The notes under the pieces are model-generated. The model worked only from the letters and a program-made list of their open reading frames with translations, ran no database searches and had not been told where the DNA came from. This document shows positions 39,693-49,139 of a stretch of DNA of 49,991 bases, one piece after another (position 1 is the first letter of the stretch; each line of letters starts with the position of its first letter). This DNA comes from Fibrobacteria bacterium (GTDB taxonomy: Bacteria > Fibrobacterota > Fibrobacteria > UBA11236): NCBI GenBank assembly GCA_050486505.1, contig JBJHDK010000010.1:1-49991 (forward strand). Reading direction: 5' to 3'. The position numbers and the translations under genes were made by a program.

Positions 39693-40394
39693 ATGCGCTG
39701 GCCTACCTTCATTCTTCTGGGCGTTTTGAGCGTCGTGCTCGGCATCGCCAACAACCTCGTCAACCCCAATCGCGTTTCATGGTTCGGCAGTCCTCCGGTG
39801 TTGCCCAAGCCGGAGGGGTGGCCGACGGTTTCCGTGGCGGAAGGCGTCGCGGGCGCTTGGCGCGTCACCCTCGACGGGCTCTCCGCACACTGGTATTGGG
39901 TGCTGCTGGCGTTGCTCGTGCTCGCCGGCGGACGCTTCTTCTTCCGTCGATCCGGTGCCTCGCGGCGGCGCTGGTCGATGTCGTGGTGGCGGGTGCTGTT
40001 CGCCTTCATGTTCCTCGCCGCCGCATGGCCCAAGTTCACCGACCCCCAGGGGTTCGCGATGATGGTGGCGCAGTACCAGATGCTTCCGGCTTTCTCCGTG
40101 AACCTGTTTTCGGTGCTGCTTCCCGCCGTCGAAGTGATGACGGGGCTCGCGCTTCTCTTCTCGCCCTTCGAGAAGGAATCCACGGCCTGGCTCGGCATCA
40201 TGATGGTGATGTTCATCATCGCGCTGGCGCAGGCGCTGTACCGCCAACTCGGCATCGCCTGCGGATGCTTCGACATCCAGGGAGCCACCGACCCCGGCCA
40301 AAGCTGGTTCGCCTTTTTGCGCGACATCGTGCTGATGTGGCCCATCGCCTGGATGTGGCTGCGCGCTGAGCGCCGCCCCCTCTGGAAATTTTGA
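39693..40394 (+). CDS. MauE/DoxX family membrane protein
   Basis: FLAAAWPKFTDPQGF..Y..LP, LPAVEV..GLALL, GIACGCF, RDIVL. Confidence 0.85.
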   Translation: MRWPTFILLGVLSVVLGIANNLVNPNRVSWFGSPPVLPKPEGWPTVSVAEGVAGAWRVTLDGLSAHWYWVLLALLVLAGGRFFFRRSGASRRRWSMSWWRVLFAFMFLAAAWPKFTDPQGFAMMVAQYQMLPAFSVNLFSVLLPAVEVMTGLALLFSPFEKESTAWLGIMMVMFIIALAQALYRQLGIACGCFDIQGATDPGQSWFAFLRDIVLMWPIAWMWLRAERRPLWKF

Positions 40395-40457
40395 CGCAAC
40401 CACCGGGTGTGGGGCAAGGAACGGTTCTTAACGAGCTTCAGGAATCCGGCCCCCCCG

Positions 40458-40883
40458 ATGTCGTCCCTGTATGATCCCGTTCGCGGCAAAAACGTGAAAG
40501 CGCTCCCGGAGGAGCGCGTGCGCCATCAACTGGTGCGTTGGTTGACGGAGTCCGCGGGGGTTCCGGCGCGTCTGGTCGCGGTGGAGTATTCCCTTCGCAA
40601 CCTCGATCCCGGCAATGCGCGCCGCGCCGACGTGGTGGCGTGGATGCCGGCGCAAGGCGAAGGCGGCCTTCGCCCTTGGCTGTTGGCGGAGTGCAAGGCC
40701 CCGGGCGTGCCGATCGACGATGCCGTGGCGGATCAGGTGCGTCGTTATGCCGTGGCCTTGCGGGCGCGGCACGTGCTGCTGACCAATGGCGAAGCGACGC
40801 GCGTCTTCACGCTGGAAGCGGCCACGGCATCGGATCCGGGACGCTACCGCGAGGCGAAGGCCCTTCCGCTGTATCCGGGTTGA
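40458..40883 (+). CDS. Stand-alone HsdR N-terminal (HSDR_N_2-like) domain protein
   Basis: YDPVRGK, PEERVR, VAVE, RRADVV, LLAECKAP, QVRRY, LLTNG. Confidence 0.85.
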   Translation: MSSLYDPVRGKNVKALPEERVRHQLVRWLTESAGVPARLVAVEYSLRNLDPGNARRADVVAWMPAQGEGGLRPWLLAECKAPGVPIDDAVADQVRRYAVALRARHVLLTNGEATRVFTLEAATASDPGRYREAKALPLYPG

Positions 40884-40905
40884 CGCGCGTTCGTCCCGCC
40901 GCGCG

Positions 40906-42084
40906 TCAGGTTTTTCGCGCCACGAAGAACTTGAGGTAGGCCCCCTCGGGGAACGCGAAATTGTACGGGTGGTCGAACGGCTGCTCCTTGCGTTCCAGAA
41001 GCTTGAGGCCGCATCCCGCATTCACGGCGCTTTGGTGGAGGATCTTGCCGAACGTCACGGCATCGACATGGGTGGTGCATGAGGCGCTGACGAGGATACC
41101 TCCGGAGGGGAGCGCGGCGAGCGCGCGGGTGTTCAGGGAGGTGTAGGCCTTGATCGCCACCTTGAGTTGGTGGCGGTTCTTCGCAAGCGAGGGCGGGTCG
41201 AGCACGATGCAGTCGAACTCTCCGGGCCTGAGCGTGGAGAGTGCCTTGAAGGCATCCTCGACGCGGAAACAATCGTCCGGAAAATCGAACCCGTTGCGCT
41301 TCAGGTTCGCGCGGCACAGTTCCATCGCCGATGCCGAGGCATCGAGGCTGACCACGCGCCGGGCCCCGGCGGCAGCCGCGTACACCGAGAACCCCCCGCT
41401 GTACGAGAACACGTTCAACACCGACCGTTCCCTGCACCAGCGTTGCAACGCAAGCCGGTTTTCGCGCTGGTCGAGAAAGAATCCCGTCTTCTGTCCCTTG
41501 AGCACGTCCGCCCCGAAGCGGTGGCCGTTCTCGGTGAATTCGATCCATCCCTCGACCGTGCCCTCCAGCACGCGCACCGGTTGGTCATCAAGTCCTTCGT
41601 GGCGACGCACGGCGAGATCGCTGCGCTCCACGATCGCCTCGGGATTCCAGGTTTCCTTAAGCGCCTTCAGCACGGGCTCGCGCAGCCTCTCGATTCCGAG
41701 GGTGTGGAACTGCACGACGAGAACCCCGGAATACCAGTCCGCGACGAGGCCGGGGCAGTCGTCGGCTTCGCCGAAAATCGCACGCCAGGCCGTTGTTTCC
41801 GCAGGAAGAAAAGCTTCGCGTTCGGCCTTGAGGCGCGTGAAGAGCCGCGTGAAGAAGGGGGCATCGATGGCTTCGTCCTTGCGGGACAGCAGGCGCACGG
41901 CGATGTCGGTGCGCGAGTTCCAGTACCCCGTGCCGAGGATTTCGGGGCCGCAGGCGACGGTGACGAGCGCGCCGTCGGGGAGATCAGGTTTTTCCTTCAG
42001 CGCGCGCGAGAAAATCCAGGGGTGGCCGGCGAGCACGCTCTTGCGGCGTTCGGGGCGAAGCGAGACTGTGGGGTAACGGGGCAT
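40906..42084 (-). CDS. rlmI: Class I SAM-dependent rRNA methyltransferase (RlmI/RlmK-like, PUA domain)
   Basis: GHPWIFS, GEADDCPGLVAD, GQKTGFFLDQRENR, VLNVFSYSGGFS, FDCIVLDPP, SASCT, DHP..FPEGAYLK. Confidence 0.88.
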   Translation of the reverse strand: MPRYPTVSLRPERRKSVLAGHPWIFSRALKEKPDLPDGALVTVACGPEILGTGYWNSRTDIAVRLLSRKDEAIDAPFFTRLFTRLKAEREAFLPAETTAWRAIFGEADDCPGLVADWYSGVLVVQFHTLGIERLREPVLKALKETWNPEAIVERSDLAVRRHEGLDDQPVRVLEGTVEGWIEFTENGHRFGADVLKGQKTGFFLDQRENRLALQRWCRERSVLNVFSYSGGFSVYAAAAGARRVVSLDASASAMELCRANLKRNGFDFPDDCFRVEDAFKALSTLRPGEFDCIVLDPPSLAKNRHQLKVAIKAYTSLNTRALAALPSGGILVSASCTTHVDAVTFGKILHQSAVNAGCGLKLLERKEQPFDHPYNFAFPEGAYLKFFVARKT

Positions 42085-42189
42085 GGGAGAGAGGTAGGAA
42101 ATGGAACGCGGGAGCCGTGCGCCCGCGATTTAGACCCGGCGGGAAAGGTGATGACGCGATATATTCACGGAAACTTTCGGGGGTGTGCG

Positions 42190-43848
42190 ATGGGGTTTGC
42201 ACGTTGTCAGGGGATTCTGGCGGTCGCCGCCGTGCTGTGGGCAGCGGCGTCGGTGGCTCACGGGCAGGAAGCCGATCCTCCCCGCAGTGATTACCGGACC
42301 ACGGTGCTGGTGCGCAACCTGCAAAGCCCCACGCAAATCGCCTTCCTTCCCGACGGCCGCATCTGGGTGGCGCGCAAGAACGGAACGATCCACCTGCACG
42401 ACCCGGTGTCGGGGGAGACCTCGGTCGCGGCGACCCTCGCGGTGGGCAACGCGCGCGAGGACGGCCTGCACGGCCTCGTGCCTTCACCCGGATTCGCGAC
42501 CGTTCCCTGGGTTTATGCCTTGTTCTCCAACGCCGGGCGCGACTCGGTGGTGGTGGCGCGCTTCCTCGCCGACCCCGTCGCGGGAACGATCGCGCCGGGC
42601 ACCCGGCAGACGCTGCTCTCCATTCCATACGACATCAACACCAACAGCGCCGAACACAACACCGGGCACCTGGCCTTCGACATGGATGGAAATCTTTTCA
42701 TCGCATTGGCCGACAACATTCGCAACATCTTCAGCGGCACGGGTGCGGGCTACGCGCCGCGCGATCCGGCGCGGGTGAATTACGATGCGCGCGGCACGGC
42801 GGCCAACACCAACGACCTGCGCGGCAAGATCCTGCGCATCAGGCCGGGTGACGGCGGCGGCTATACCGTGCCGGAGGGGAACCTCTTCCCGCCGGGGACG
42901 GCGAACACGCGCCCCGAGATTTATGCCATGGGCCTGCGTCACCCCTTCCGCATGGCCGTCGATCCGGCGACGGGTTGGCTCTATTGGGCCGAGCCCGGGC
43001 CCAATGCCCAAAGCGACAATGCGAACCAGGGACCGCGCGGCTACGAGGAAATCAACCTTGCGAAGTCGCCGGGCAATTACGGCTGGCCGTTCTGCGCCGC
43101 GGACAATGCCTGTTACACCGAGTTCAACTACCAGACGGCAACGGGCGGAGCGGTCTACAACCCCGAGGCCCTGGTCAACGCTTCGCCCTTCAACACAGGC
43201 CTTTCCAGCCTTCCAGCCGCCCGCCCGGCGCAGGTGTGGTACGCCTACAACTCCACCGCGCTGCAATTTCCCGTGTTCGGCTCGGGGAGTTCCAACACCG
43301 CGATGGTCGGCCCCGTGTATCGCTTCGACCCGCTGCTCGATTCACCCGCGAAACTTCCGGCCGTGTTCGATGGCCACCTTTTCATCGTGGAGTGGGCGCG
43401 TAGCCTCGTTTACGTCGCACGCCTCGACACCGCGGGGAACATCGCGGGCGTCCGTTCCTTCTGGAACACCCGCGACAGCACATCGAACGGTCCCATCGAC
43501 ATGAAGATCGGGCCTGACGGCGCGCTCTACTTCCTGAACTGGAACGGCTCGGGATACCCCAACAACAGCGGCAACGGTACACTGACGCGCCTCGAGTACA
43601 CCGGTGTGCACGCACCCATCGCACTGCGCCATGCACGGGGCCCCAAAGCGGGGGCGACGCCGGGGGTGCTCGTTTTCGGGGGAGCGGATCGCCGCATCGC
43701 ATGGCCCCAAGGGGCGATGCGCGCCGAGGTGTTTTCCCTGCGCGGCGAACGCCTGGCCGTGATCCGGCGGGCGGGCGCCTCGGAGCCTTCGATGGCGCTG
43801 CCTTTCGTGGTGCGAGGAGTGGCACGCGTCCGCTTCGATGCCCCCTGA
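42190..43848 (+). CDS. Secreted PQQ-dependent sugar dehydrogenase-like (GSDH) protein with C-terminal sorting tail
   Basis: Signal peptide from ATG 42190; EDGLHG, H.TGHLAFD, NTNDLRGKILRIRP, YTVPEGNLF, RPEIYAMGLRHPFR, GPRGYEEIN..PGNYGWP, IDMKIGPDGALY; tail VFSLRGERL. Confidence 0.85.
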   Translation: MGFARCQGILAVAAVLWAAASVAHGQEADPPRSDYRTTVLVRNLQSPTQIAFLPDGRIWVARKNGTIHLHDPVSGETSVAATLAVGNAREDGLHGLVPSPGFATVPWVYALFSNAGRDSVVVARFLADPVAGTIAPGTRQTLLSIPYDINTNSAEHNTGHLAFDMDGNLFIALADNIRNIFSGTGAGYAPRDPARVNYDARGTAANTNDLRGKILRIRPGDGGGYTVPEGNLFPPGTANTRPEIYAMGLRHPFRMAVDPATGWLYWAEPGPNAQSDNANQGPRGYEEINLAKSPGNYGWPFCAADNACYTEFNYQTATGGAVYNPEALVNASPFNTGLSSLPAARPAQVWYAYNSTALQFPVFGSGSSNTAMVGPVYRFDPLLDSPAKLPAVFDGHLFIVEWARSLVYVARLDTAGNIAGVRSFWNTRDSTSNGPIDMKIGPDGALYFLNWNGSGYPNNSGNGTLTRLEYTGVHAPIALRHARGPKAGATPGVLVFGGADRRIAWPQGAMRAEVFSLRGERLAVIRRAGASEPSMALPFVVRGVARVRFDAP

Positions 43849-43947
43849 GCGGGGTGGTTCGGCTTGCGTCGTTTTGGGACTTTACCTCGCTCGTGAGCTA
43901 CTTTTGGTGCCTTCGCACCCACGGTTCACGATCAAAAGCGAGGTTTT

Positions 43948-44697
43948 GTGTTCAAAGCGATCGTCTGTCTGGCATTTTTGACGGCAATGGCCTCCGCGGA
44001 GGAGTTGCAGCAGTCATCCGGGTTGCCTGAAACATCCGCAAGTCCCGAAGTCCCGGAAATGCCCGAAGTCCTGGAGCCGCCCGTTTCCATTGGTGCCGAC
44101 CAGGAACCGTTCCCCTTCACCGACGAGGATCGCAGGGTGAACCCCCTCCTCTACGACAAGCCCTTGCTTGCGAGGCAATACGGTGTGGGCGTTCTCAGCG
44201 GTTTCGTGGCCGGCGCCATCGGCTTTTATATCGGGAATGCATTCGAGGGGGCCATCTTCGGCAGCCGCTCCCAGAAAGGGTACCTGAGCTTTACGGGGAT
44301 CCGGTACAGCCACCGCCGCGGCCCTGCCTGGGGCGGAGGCAGCGGCATTCTGCTGGGAACGACCCTGGGAACCTTTTTCACGGGTGAGACCGACGAGGAG
44401 CAGGGCAGCATCCTGTGGACCGTCGCGGGCGCGTCGCTTGGAACGGTGGCGGCGTTCTACCTGGCCGATGCCGCGGGCGTGCAGGAGAGCCGGGGCATGC
44501 TGCCGTTCTTGCCGCTGTTGTTTGTGCCGTCGCTGGGCGCGGTTGCCGGCTACGAAACCTCGCGCTGGATCAATGATCACCGGCGCTTCCGCATCACGGA
44601 GACGACGACGGCCACCGTGCAGCCGCCGCGCTTCGGCATGCTGCCCGGTCGCGACGGAGCCGAACTCCGCTTCGACGCCCTTCATCTGACTTTCTGA
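43948..44697 (+). CDS. Hypothetical exported/membrane protein
   Basis: GAGG then GTG; signal peptide; several Gly-rich hydrophobic segments; ends in F; 13 nt upstream of prc. Confidence 0.65.
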   Translation: MFKAIVCLAFLTAMASAEELQQSSGLPETSASPEVPEMPEVLEPPVSIGADQEPFPFTDEDRRVNPLLYDKPLLARQYGVGVLSGFVAGAIGFYIGNAFEGAIFGSRSQKGYLSFTGIRYSHRRGPAWGGGSGILLGTTLGTFFTGETDEEQGSILWTVAGASLGTVAAFYLADAAGVQESRGMLPFLPLLFVPSLGAVAGYETSRWINDHRRFRITETTTATVQPPRFGMLPGRDGAELRFDALHLTF

Positions 44698-44710
44698 ACC
44701 GGGGGATTTC

Positions 44711-46828
44711 ATGCTTCGCTCCGCCTTGCCGCTCCTCGCCGTCGTTTCCCTCGTCGCGGCACAGACGGGCGAGCGGAGCCGTGAATCGGTGATCGCCCGC
44801 CTCGAGACGCGCAGTCTCGCCACCTGGCACTATGCACCGCCCCCGGCCGACACGAACTACTCGCAGCGTGTCTTCGACCTTTACCTGCGGCGGCTCGATC
44901 CGCAGAAGCGTTTCCTCTTGCAGGCCGACGTCGATTCGTTGGCGCGTTTCCGCAACGTCCTGCACATGACGCTTCCCGCGGGCGATACCCGCCTTGCGGA
45001 ATCCGGCAGCGCCCTGTTGAATCGTCGCGTCGAGGAAGCCCGGGCGCTGGTGCGAGAACTGCTCGACGAAGGGCTCGCCCTCGACCGCCCCGACTCGGTG
45101 GCGGCCGATGCGCGCAGTCTCGGGTTCGCCGCCACTCCCGAAGAGCTGCGTGCCCGCTGGGAGGGGCTGCTGAAGCTTCAGATCCTTTCCCGCCTGCACG
45201 CGCAGCGCCAGCAGGTCGCGGACAGCCTCGACGAGAAGATGGATGAGTCGGCGGCGCTCCCGGCCTTGCCCGACAGCGCCGCGGTGCGCGAGGCGCATGG
45301 CTTCGTCGCGCGCAACCTGGAACGCGGCCTTTCGCGCATCGTACGCGAAGACGCCCTCGATCGCGCGGCCGTCTTGCTGGGTGCCGCTGCGAACGCCTTC
45401 GATCCACACACCGACTACCTCAAGCCCGAGAGCCGCGAAGACTTCGATGTCGCCATGAGCGGACGCCTCGAGGGCATCGGGGCGACCCTGCGCGAAGACG
45501 ACGGCTTCATCAAGGTGGTGGCCATCATTCCCGGCAGCGCGTCGTGGCGCCAGCGCGAACTCAAGGCCGAAGACAAGATCATCAAGGTGGGGCAGGGCGA
45601 CGAAGAGCCGGTCGACATCACGGGCGCGAGCGTGAACGAGGCGGTTCGCCTCATCCGCGGCCCGAAGGGAACCAAGGTCCGCCTGACCGTGCAGAAGCCC
45701 GACGGCACCATCCACGTGATCCCGATCGTTCGCGATGTGGTGATCGTCGAGGAGAGCTATGCGAAGTCCGCCGTGCTCGAGGACACGACGAGCGGCTTGC
45801 GCGTCGGCTACATTACCCTGCCCTCGTTCTACCACGACTTCCAGAACCGCAACGGGCGCAACAGCGCCGACGACGTGCGCCGCGAGCTGGTCCGCCTCAA
45901 GGAGCAGGGCGTCGACGCTGTGGCGCTCGACCTGCGCAACAACGGCGGCGGCTCGCTCGAGGATGCGGTCAAGATGGCCGGGCTCTTCCTGCCCTGGGGG
46001 CCGATCGTCCAGGTGCGCGACCGCCGCGGCACCGGCACCGTGCTTGAGGATACCGATCCTTCCGTCGTGTTCGACGGGCCGCTGGCGGTGATGGTCAATA
46101 CCTTCAGCGCGTCGGCCTCGGAGATCCTCGCCGCTGCGATGCAGGATTACGGGCGCGCCGTGGTGATCGGGACCGATACCACCTTCGGCAAAGGGACGGA
46201 GCAGACCCTGATCGACCTTGATAATCTCGCCGCGCCCCAGGATCGCGAGTTCAGTCCCTTGGGAACCGTGAAACTCACGGTTCAGAAGTTCTATCGCGTC
46301 AACGGCGGATCGACCCAGTTCAAGGGGGTGATTCCCGACATCCTCATTCCCGACGGGTACACCTGGCTCGAGGTGGGGGAGAGCACGCATGAGCATGCGC
46401 TCCCATGGGACGAATCGCGCCCCCTGCGCATCCAGCCCTGGTTCGCCCCGCCTCCACTCGAAACCTTGGTGCACCGGAGCGCCGCCCGCGTGGCGGAAAA
46501 CACCTACTTCACCCGCCTCATGGAGACGCTAGAGCGCCAGCGCGACCGTCGCGACCGCGACTGGATCCAGCTTGAATTCTCTCGTTACTTCGCCGCGCGT
46601 GACAGCAACCGGCTTGAGTCGGCTGCGCTCGATTCCCTGCGCAAGTTCTCGACCGGCCTCTCCGCCACGCCTCTTTCGTCCCTCAATCCCGACTTCGCTT
46701 CGGATTCGCTCGAGCAAGCGAAGGTGGAAGACTGGAAGGAACAGCTCACGCGGGATTTTTATCTGCGCGAGACGGTGGACGTGTTGGGAGATTGGGCGAT
46801 GTTGGTCAGACGAGAGAGAGGACAGTAG
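44711..46828 (+). CDS. prc: Carboxy-terminal processing protease (S41, PDZ)
   Basis: FDPHTDY, LEGIGATL, LIRGPKGTKV, GYITLPSFY, DLRNNGGGSL, SASASEILAAAMQDYGRA, FGKGT, KLTVQKFYRVNGGSTQFKGVIPDI. Confidence 0.95.
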   Translation: MLRSALPLLAVVSLVAAQTGERSRESVIARLETRSLATWHYAPPPADTNYSQRVFDLYLRRLDPQKRFLLQADVDSLARFRNVLHMTLPAGDTRLAESGSALLNRRVEEARALVRELLDEGLALDRPDSVAADARSLGFAATPEELRARWEGLLKLQILSRLHAQRQQVADSLDEKMDESAALPALPDSAAVREAHGFVARNLERGLSRIVREDALDRAAVLLGAAANAFDPHTDYLKPESREDFDVAMSGRLEGIGATLREDDGFIKVVAIIPGSASWRQRELKAEDKIIKVGQGDEEPVDITGASVNEAVRLIRGPKGTKVRLTVQKPDGTIHVIPIVRDVVIVEESYAKSAVLEDTTSGLRVGYITLPSFYHDFQNRNGRNSADDVRRELVRLKEQGVDAVALDLRNNGGGSLEDAVKMAGLFLPWGPIVQVRDRRGTGTVLEDTDPSVVFDGPLAVMVNTFSASASEILAAAMQDYGRAVVIGTDTTFGKGTEQTLIDLDNLAAPQDREFSPLGTVKLTVQKFYRVNGGSTQFKGVIPDILIPDGYTWLEVGESTHEHALPWDESRPLRIQPWFAPPPLETLVHRSAARVAENTYFTRLMETLERQRDRRDRDWIQLEFSRYFAARDSNRLESAALDSLRKFSTGLSATPLSSLNPDFASDSLEQAKVEDWKEQLTRDFYLRETVDVLGDWAMLVRRERGQ

Positions 46829-46912
46829 ACAGTAGACGGTAGGCAGTGTACAGTGGGCCATCACGTGGCTGTCCAGGCCCCGTTTAGCTTTCACCGTTCA
46901 CCGTTCATCGTT
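46821..46912. repeat. Inverted 7-mer tandem-repeat element G
   Basis: Left GACAGTA GACAGTA GACGGTA GGCAGTG TACAGTG (46821-46855); right CACCGTT CACCGTT CATCGTT (46892-46912). Confidence 0.85.
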
Positions 46913-47404
46913 CGCTTTCGCCCGTTCCTGTCCGCGTTCCGTACGCATCCGGATCAGTAGCAGCGTGGCGATTTGCGCAATCAATGTCGCCTTGTGCGTG
47001 CCCGCGGTCGCGTAATTGATGAACACCTCGGTGGCCATGAGAAAGGCGCACCACAGGGCGATGCTCACCGCGAAGGCCCGCGTGACTTCCGCCGAGCTTC
47101 CCGCCGCCCCGGTTGAATCCTTGCGCATCACGTTCCATGCCTGCCAGAGTAACGCGCTCGCCAGAATCTCCCACGCGATGACCCCGGCGAACAGCAGCGC
47201 CGCGACCGCGACCGGCACGCCATGCGCCCCCACGGTCTCGCGGACGAGATCGAAGTTGTACGAGGCCCAGCCGAACCCGGAAGGAAGGGCGCCGAGTTGC
47301 CGGAGCGCATCGGTGATGTTGGTGAGGGTGACGACTGTGAGCCAGGCCGCCCAGAAGAGGACGAGCCCGGCCTGGAGCGTGGAGAGGCGGATGGATTGGA
47401 GCAT
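46898..47404 (-). CDS. Hypothetical membrane protein (possibly DUF2165-like)
   Basis: About four hydrophobic helices; TNITD, conserved-looking WE, F...E.F..Y, H; TAGATT-N6-ATG. Confidence 0.7.
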   Translation of the reverse strand: MLQSIRLSTLQAGLVLFWAAWLTVVTLTNITDALRQLGALPSGFGWASYNFDLVRETVGAHGVPVAVAALLFAGVIAWEILASALLWQAWNVMRKDSTGAAGSSAEVTRAFAVSIALWCAFLMATEVFINYATAGTHKATLIAQIATLLLIRMRTERGQERAKANDER

Positions 47405-47486
47405 GGGGGGAATCTACCCCGTCGATGCGGTGGAGGGGGAGGGTTTTTAATCGCGAACCGAGGTTTACCGGGTTATCAAGACTCGA

Positions 47487-47515
47487 TTGACATAAATATG
47501 TCACATTGATAGTTT
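47487..47515 (+). promoter_or_regulatory. Sigma70-type promoter with palindromic operator, first TA module
   Basis: TTGACA(47487)-17 nt-TAGTTT(47510), 6 nt before ATG; TGACATA-aa-TATGTCA palindrome over the -35. Confidence 0.8.
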
Positions 47516-47521
47516 CAAACC

Positions 47522-47788
47522 ATGCGCACGACCGTTCGACTCAACGACAGTTTGCTCCGCAAGGCGAAGAAATACGCGGCGGAGCACGATACGACCCTGA
47601 CGGCCCTTTTGGATCAGGGGCTGAAGATGGTGTTGCGCGAGAACGCGCCAGGGTATGAAGTGAGGCCAAAGCCGAAAAAGTTCGACCTGCCGACCTTCAA
47701 GGGGGGTACGGGAATGCGGCCGGGCATCGATCCGACTTCGAACGCGCAAATGCTCGATATCGCGGACGGCCTCATTGATCCTCCCTGA
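47522..47788 (+). CDS. vapB: VapB-type ribbon-helix-helix antitoxin
   Basis: MRTTVRLNDSLLRKAKKYAA..TTLTALL..GL, LPTF.GG...PGID; overlaps PIN gene. Confidence 0.85.
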   Translation: MRTTVRLNDSLLRKAKKYAAEHDTTLTALLDQGLKMVLRENAPGYEVRPKPKKFDLPTFKGGTGMRPGIDPTSNAQMLDIADGLIDPP

Positions 47789-48200
47789 CGTCAACGTTCT
47801 GGTGGCGGCGTATCGCGAAGATCACGTCCATTACTCCGTGGCGCGATCATTTTTGAAGGACCAGCACGATACGGGTGAATTGCTTGCCCTCTGCGACATT
47901 TCACTTTCAGGATTCCTGCGCATCGTGAGCAATCCCCGGATATTCCCGATCCCCACGACATTGGATCGTGCATTCGACTTCGTGAACAAGTTGACGGCAC
48001 TTCCGGCGGTCGTTCGCATCGCTCCCGGCCCGGATCATTGGAAGATTTTCGAGGAGTTGTGTCGCAAGTCCAAAGCGACCGGGGGCTTGGTGACGGACGC
48101 GTACCTGGCGGCGCTGGCGCTGGAGCACGGCTGCCGGGTGGCGACGTTCGATGCGGATTTCAAACGGTTCCCGGGACTGCGGACGGTGCGGCCGAAGTAA
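47775..48200 (+). CDS. vapC: VapC PIN-domain toxin (mycobacterial-like subfamily)
   Basis: ILPDVNVLVAA, GFLRIVSNPRIF, VTDAYLAALALEHG, TFDADFKRFPGL. Confidence 0.92.
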   Translation: MILPDVNVLVAAYREDHVHYSVARSFLKDQHDTGELLALCDISLSGFLRIVSNPRIFPIPTTLDRAFDFVNKLTALPAVVRIAPGPDHWKIFEELCRKSKATGGLVTDAYLAALALEHGCRVATFDADFKRFPGLRTVRPK

Positions 48201-48239
48201 CGGAGCGTCGTGCGTGTGCCGGTTCCTGGAGTTTTCGGG

Positions 48240-48264
48240 TTCCCGTGACCCCGGTCACAGCCCC
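48240..48264. repeat. Direct repeat copy 1 with GTGAC-N4-GTCAC core
   Basis: TTCCCGTGACCCCGGTCACAGCCCC; second copy at 49140. Confidence 0.7.
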
Positions 48265-48362
48265 CAAAAAACCGCGCGACATCATCCGGCCCCCCGCATA
48301 CATTTAGTCCTCGCTTCCGAATAACCCGCGAAAATCCCGCAAAATCTCCGGAAAATGCCGGG

Positions 48363-48408
48363 TTGACTGCCGGGACACCGCGATTCTAAACTGGTTTGAG
48401 ACTGGTCT
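48363..48408 (+). promoter_or_regulatory. Promoter and tandem operator, second TA module
   Basis: TTGACT(48363)-18 nt-TAAACT(48387); palindromes AAAC-tg-GTTT (48388) and AGAC-tg-GTCT (48399). Confidence 0.65.
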
Positions 48409-48433
48409 AAACACGATTTGAATCGGAGGCGAT

Positions 48434-48679
48434 ATGATGACCGTGGGAGCCTATGAGGCGAAAACGCATTTGCCCGAACTCCTGGAGCGGGTTCGGAAGG
48501 GAGAAACCATCATGATCACCAAACATGGAACACCCGTCGCCGAGCTGCGGCCGGTGGAAAGCAAGAAACCGAAGATGACCGTCGCGGAAGCGATTGCGGG
48601 AATCCGGGAAATGCGAAAGGGTCGCCGTCTTGAAGGCATCACCATCAAGGAGCTCATCAACGAAGGACGGAAATGGTGA
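48434..48679 (+). CDS. Phd/YefM family antitoxin
   Basis: GGAGG RBS; VGAYEAKTHLPELLERVRKGETIMITKHGTPVAEL; IKELINEGR. Confidence 0.93.
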   Translation: MMTVGAYEAKTHLPELLERVRKGETIMITKHGTPVAELRPVESKKPKMTVAEAIAGIREMRKGRRLEGITIKELINEGRKW

Positions 48680-49086
48680 TGGTGCTGGATTGTTCGGTGA
48701 CCGCGGCATGGCTTTTCGAGGAAGAGGAAAGCCTTGAGTACTCCGATGCGATGCTCGATGCACTGAAGGGAGGGGTCGCATGTATTCCGGCGCATTGGTT
48801 TTCGGAGATCGCCAATGCAATCGCCATGTCGGAGCGGAGGAAACGCCATAGTGAAGCGGACAGGACCAGGCTTCTCCAGATGCTGGAGATATTGCCGCTT
48901 GATGTGGATGAAGCGTCACTTGAAAGGTTGGACAGGATCCTGGGCCTGGCGAACGAGCACCGCCTCACGGCCTACGATGCGGCCTATCTCGAATTGGCCA
49001 TGCGCAAGGGCCTCCCGCTCGCCACGCTCGACAAGGATCTGATCCGCGCCGCCAAACGCGCGGGCGTGGCGTTGGTCAAGGCGTAG
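48673..49086 (+). CDS. vapC: VapC PIN-domain toxin
   Basis: VLDCSVTAAWLF, W..EIANA, LTAYDAAYLELA, LATLDKDL; overlaps antitoxin stop. Confidence 0.92.
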   Translation: MVMVLDCSVTAAWLFEEEESLEYSDAMLDALKGGVACIPAHWFSEIANAIAMSERRKRHSEADRTRLLQMLEILPLDVDEASLERLDRILGLANEHRLTAYDAAYLELAMRKGLPLATLDKDLIRAAKRAGVALVKA

Positions 49087-49139
49087 CCGGGTCTGTGGGG
49101 GGGCGCTGCGGTCGGAGCTTCGAGTCGGGTATGGGAGCT

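Noticed and set aside
38750..40489. 579-aa metF ORF suggesting a fusion
   Set aside because: The upstream part is antisense to the MauE gene; metF begins at 39634
41167..42189. 893-aa ORF suggesting a large dehydrogenase fusion
   Set aside because: The first 341 codons are mostly antisense to the rlmI-like gene; the signal peptide begins at 42190
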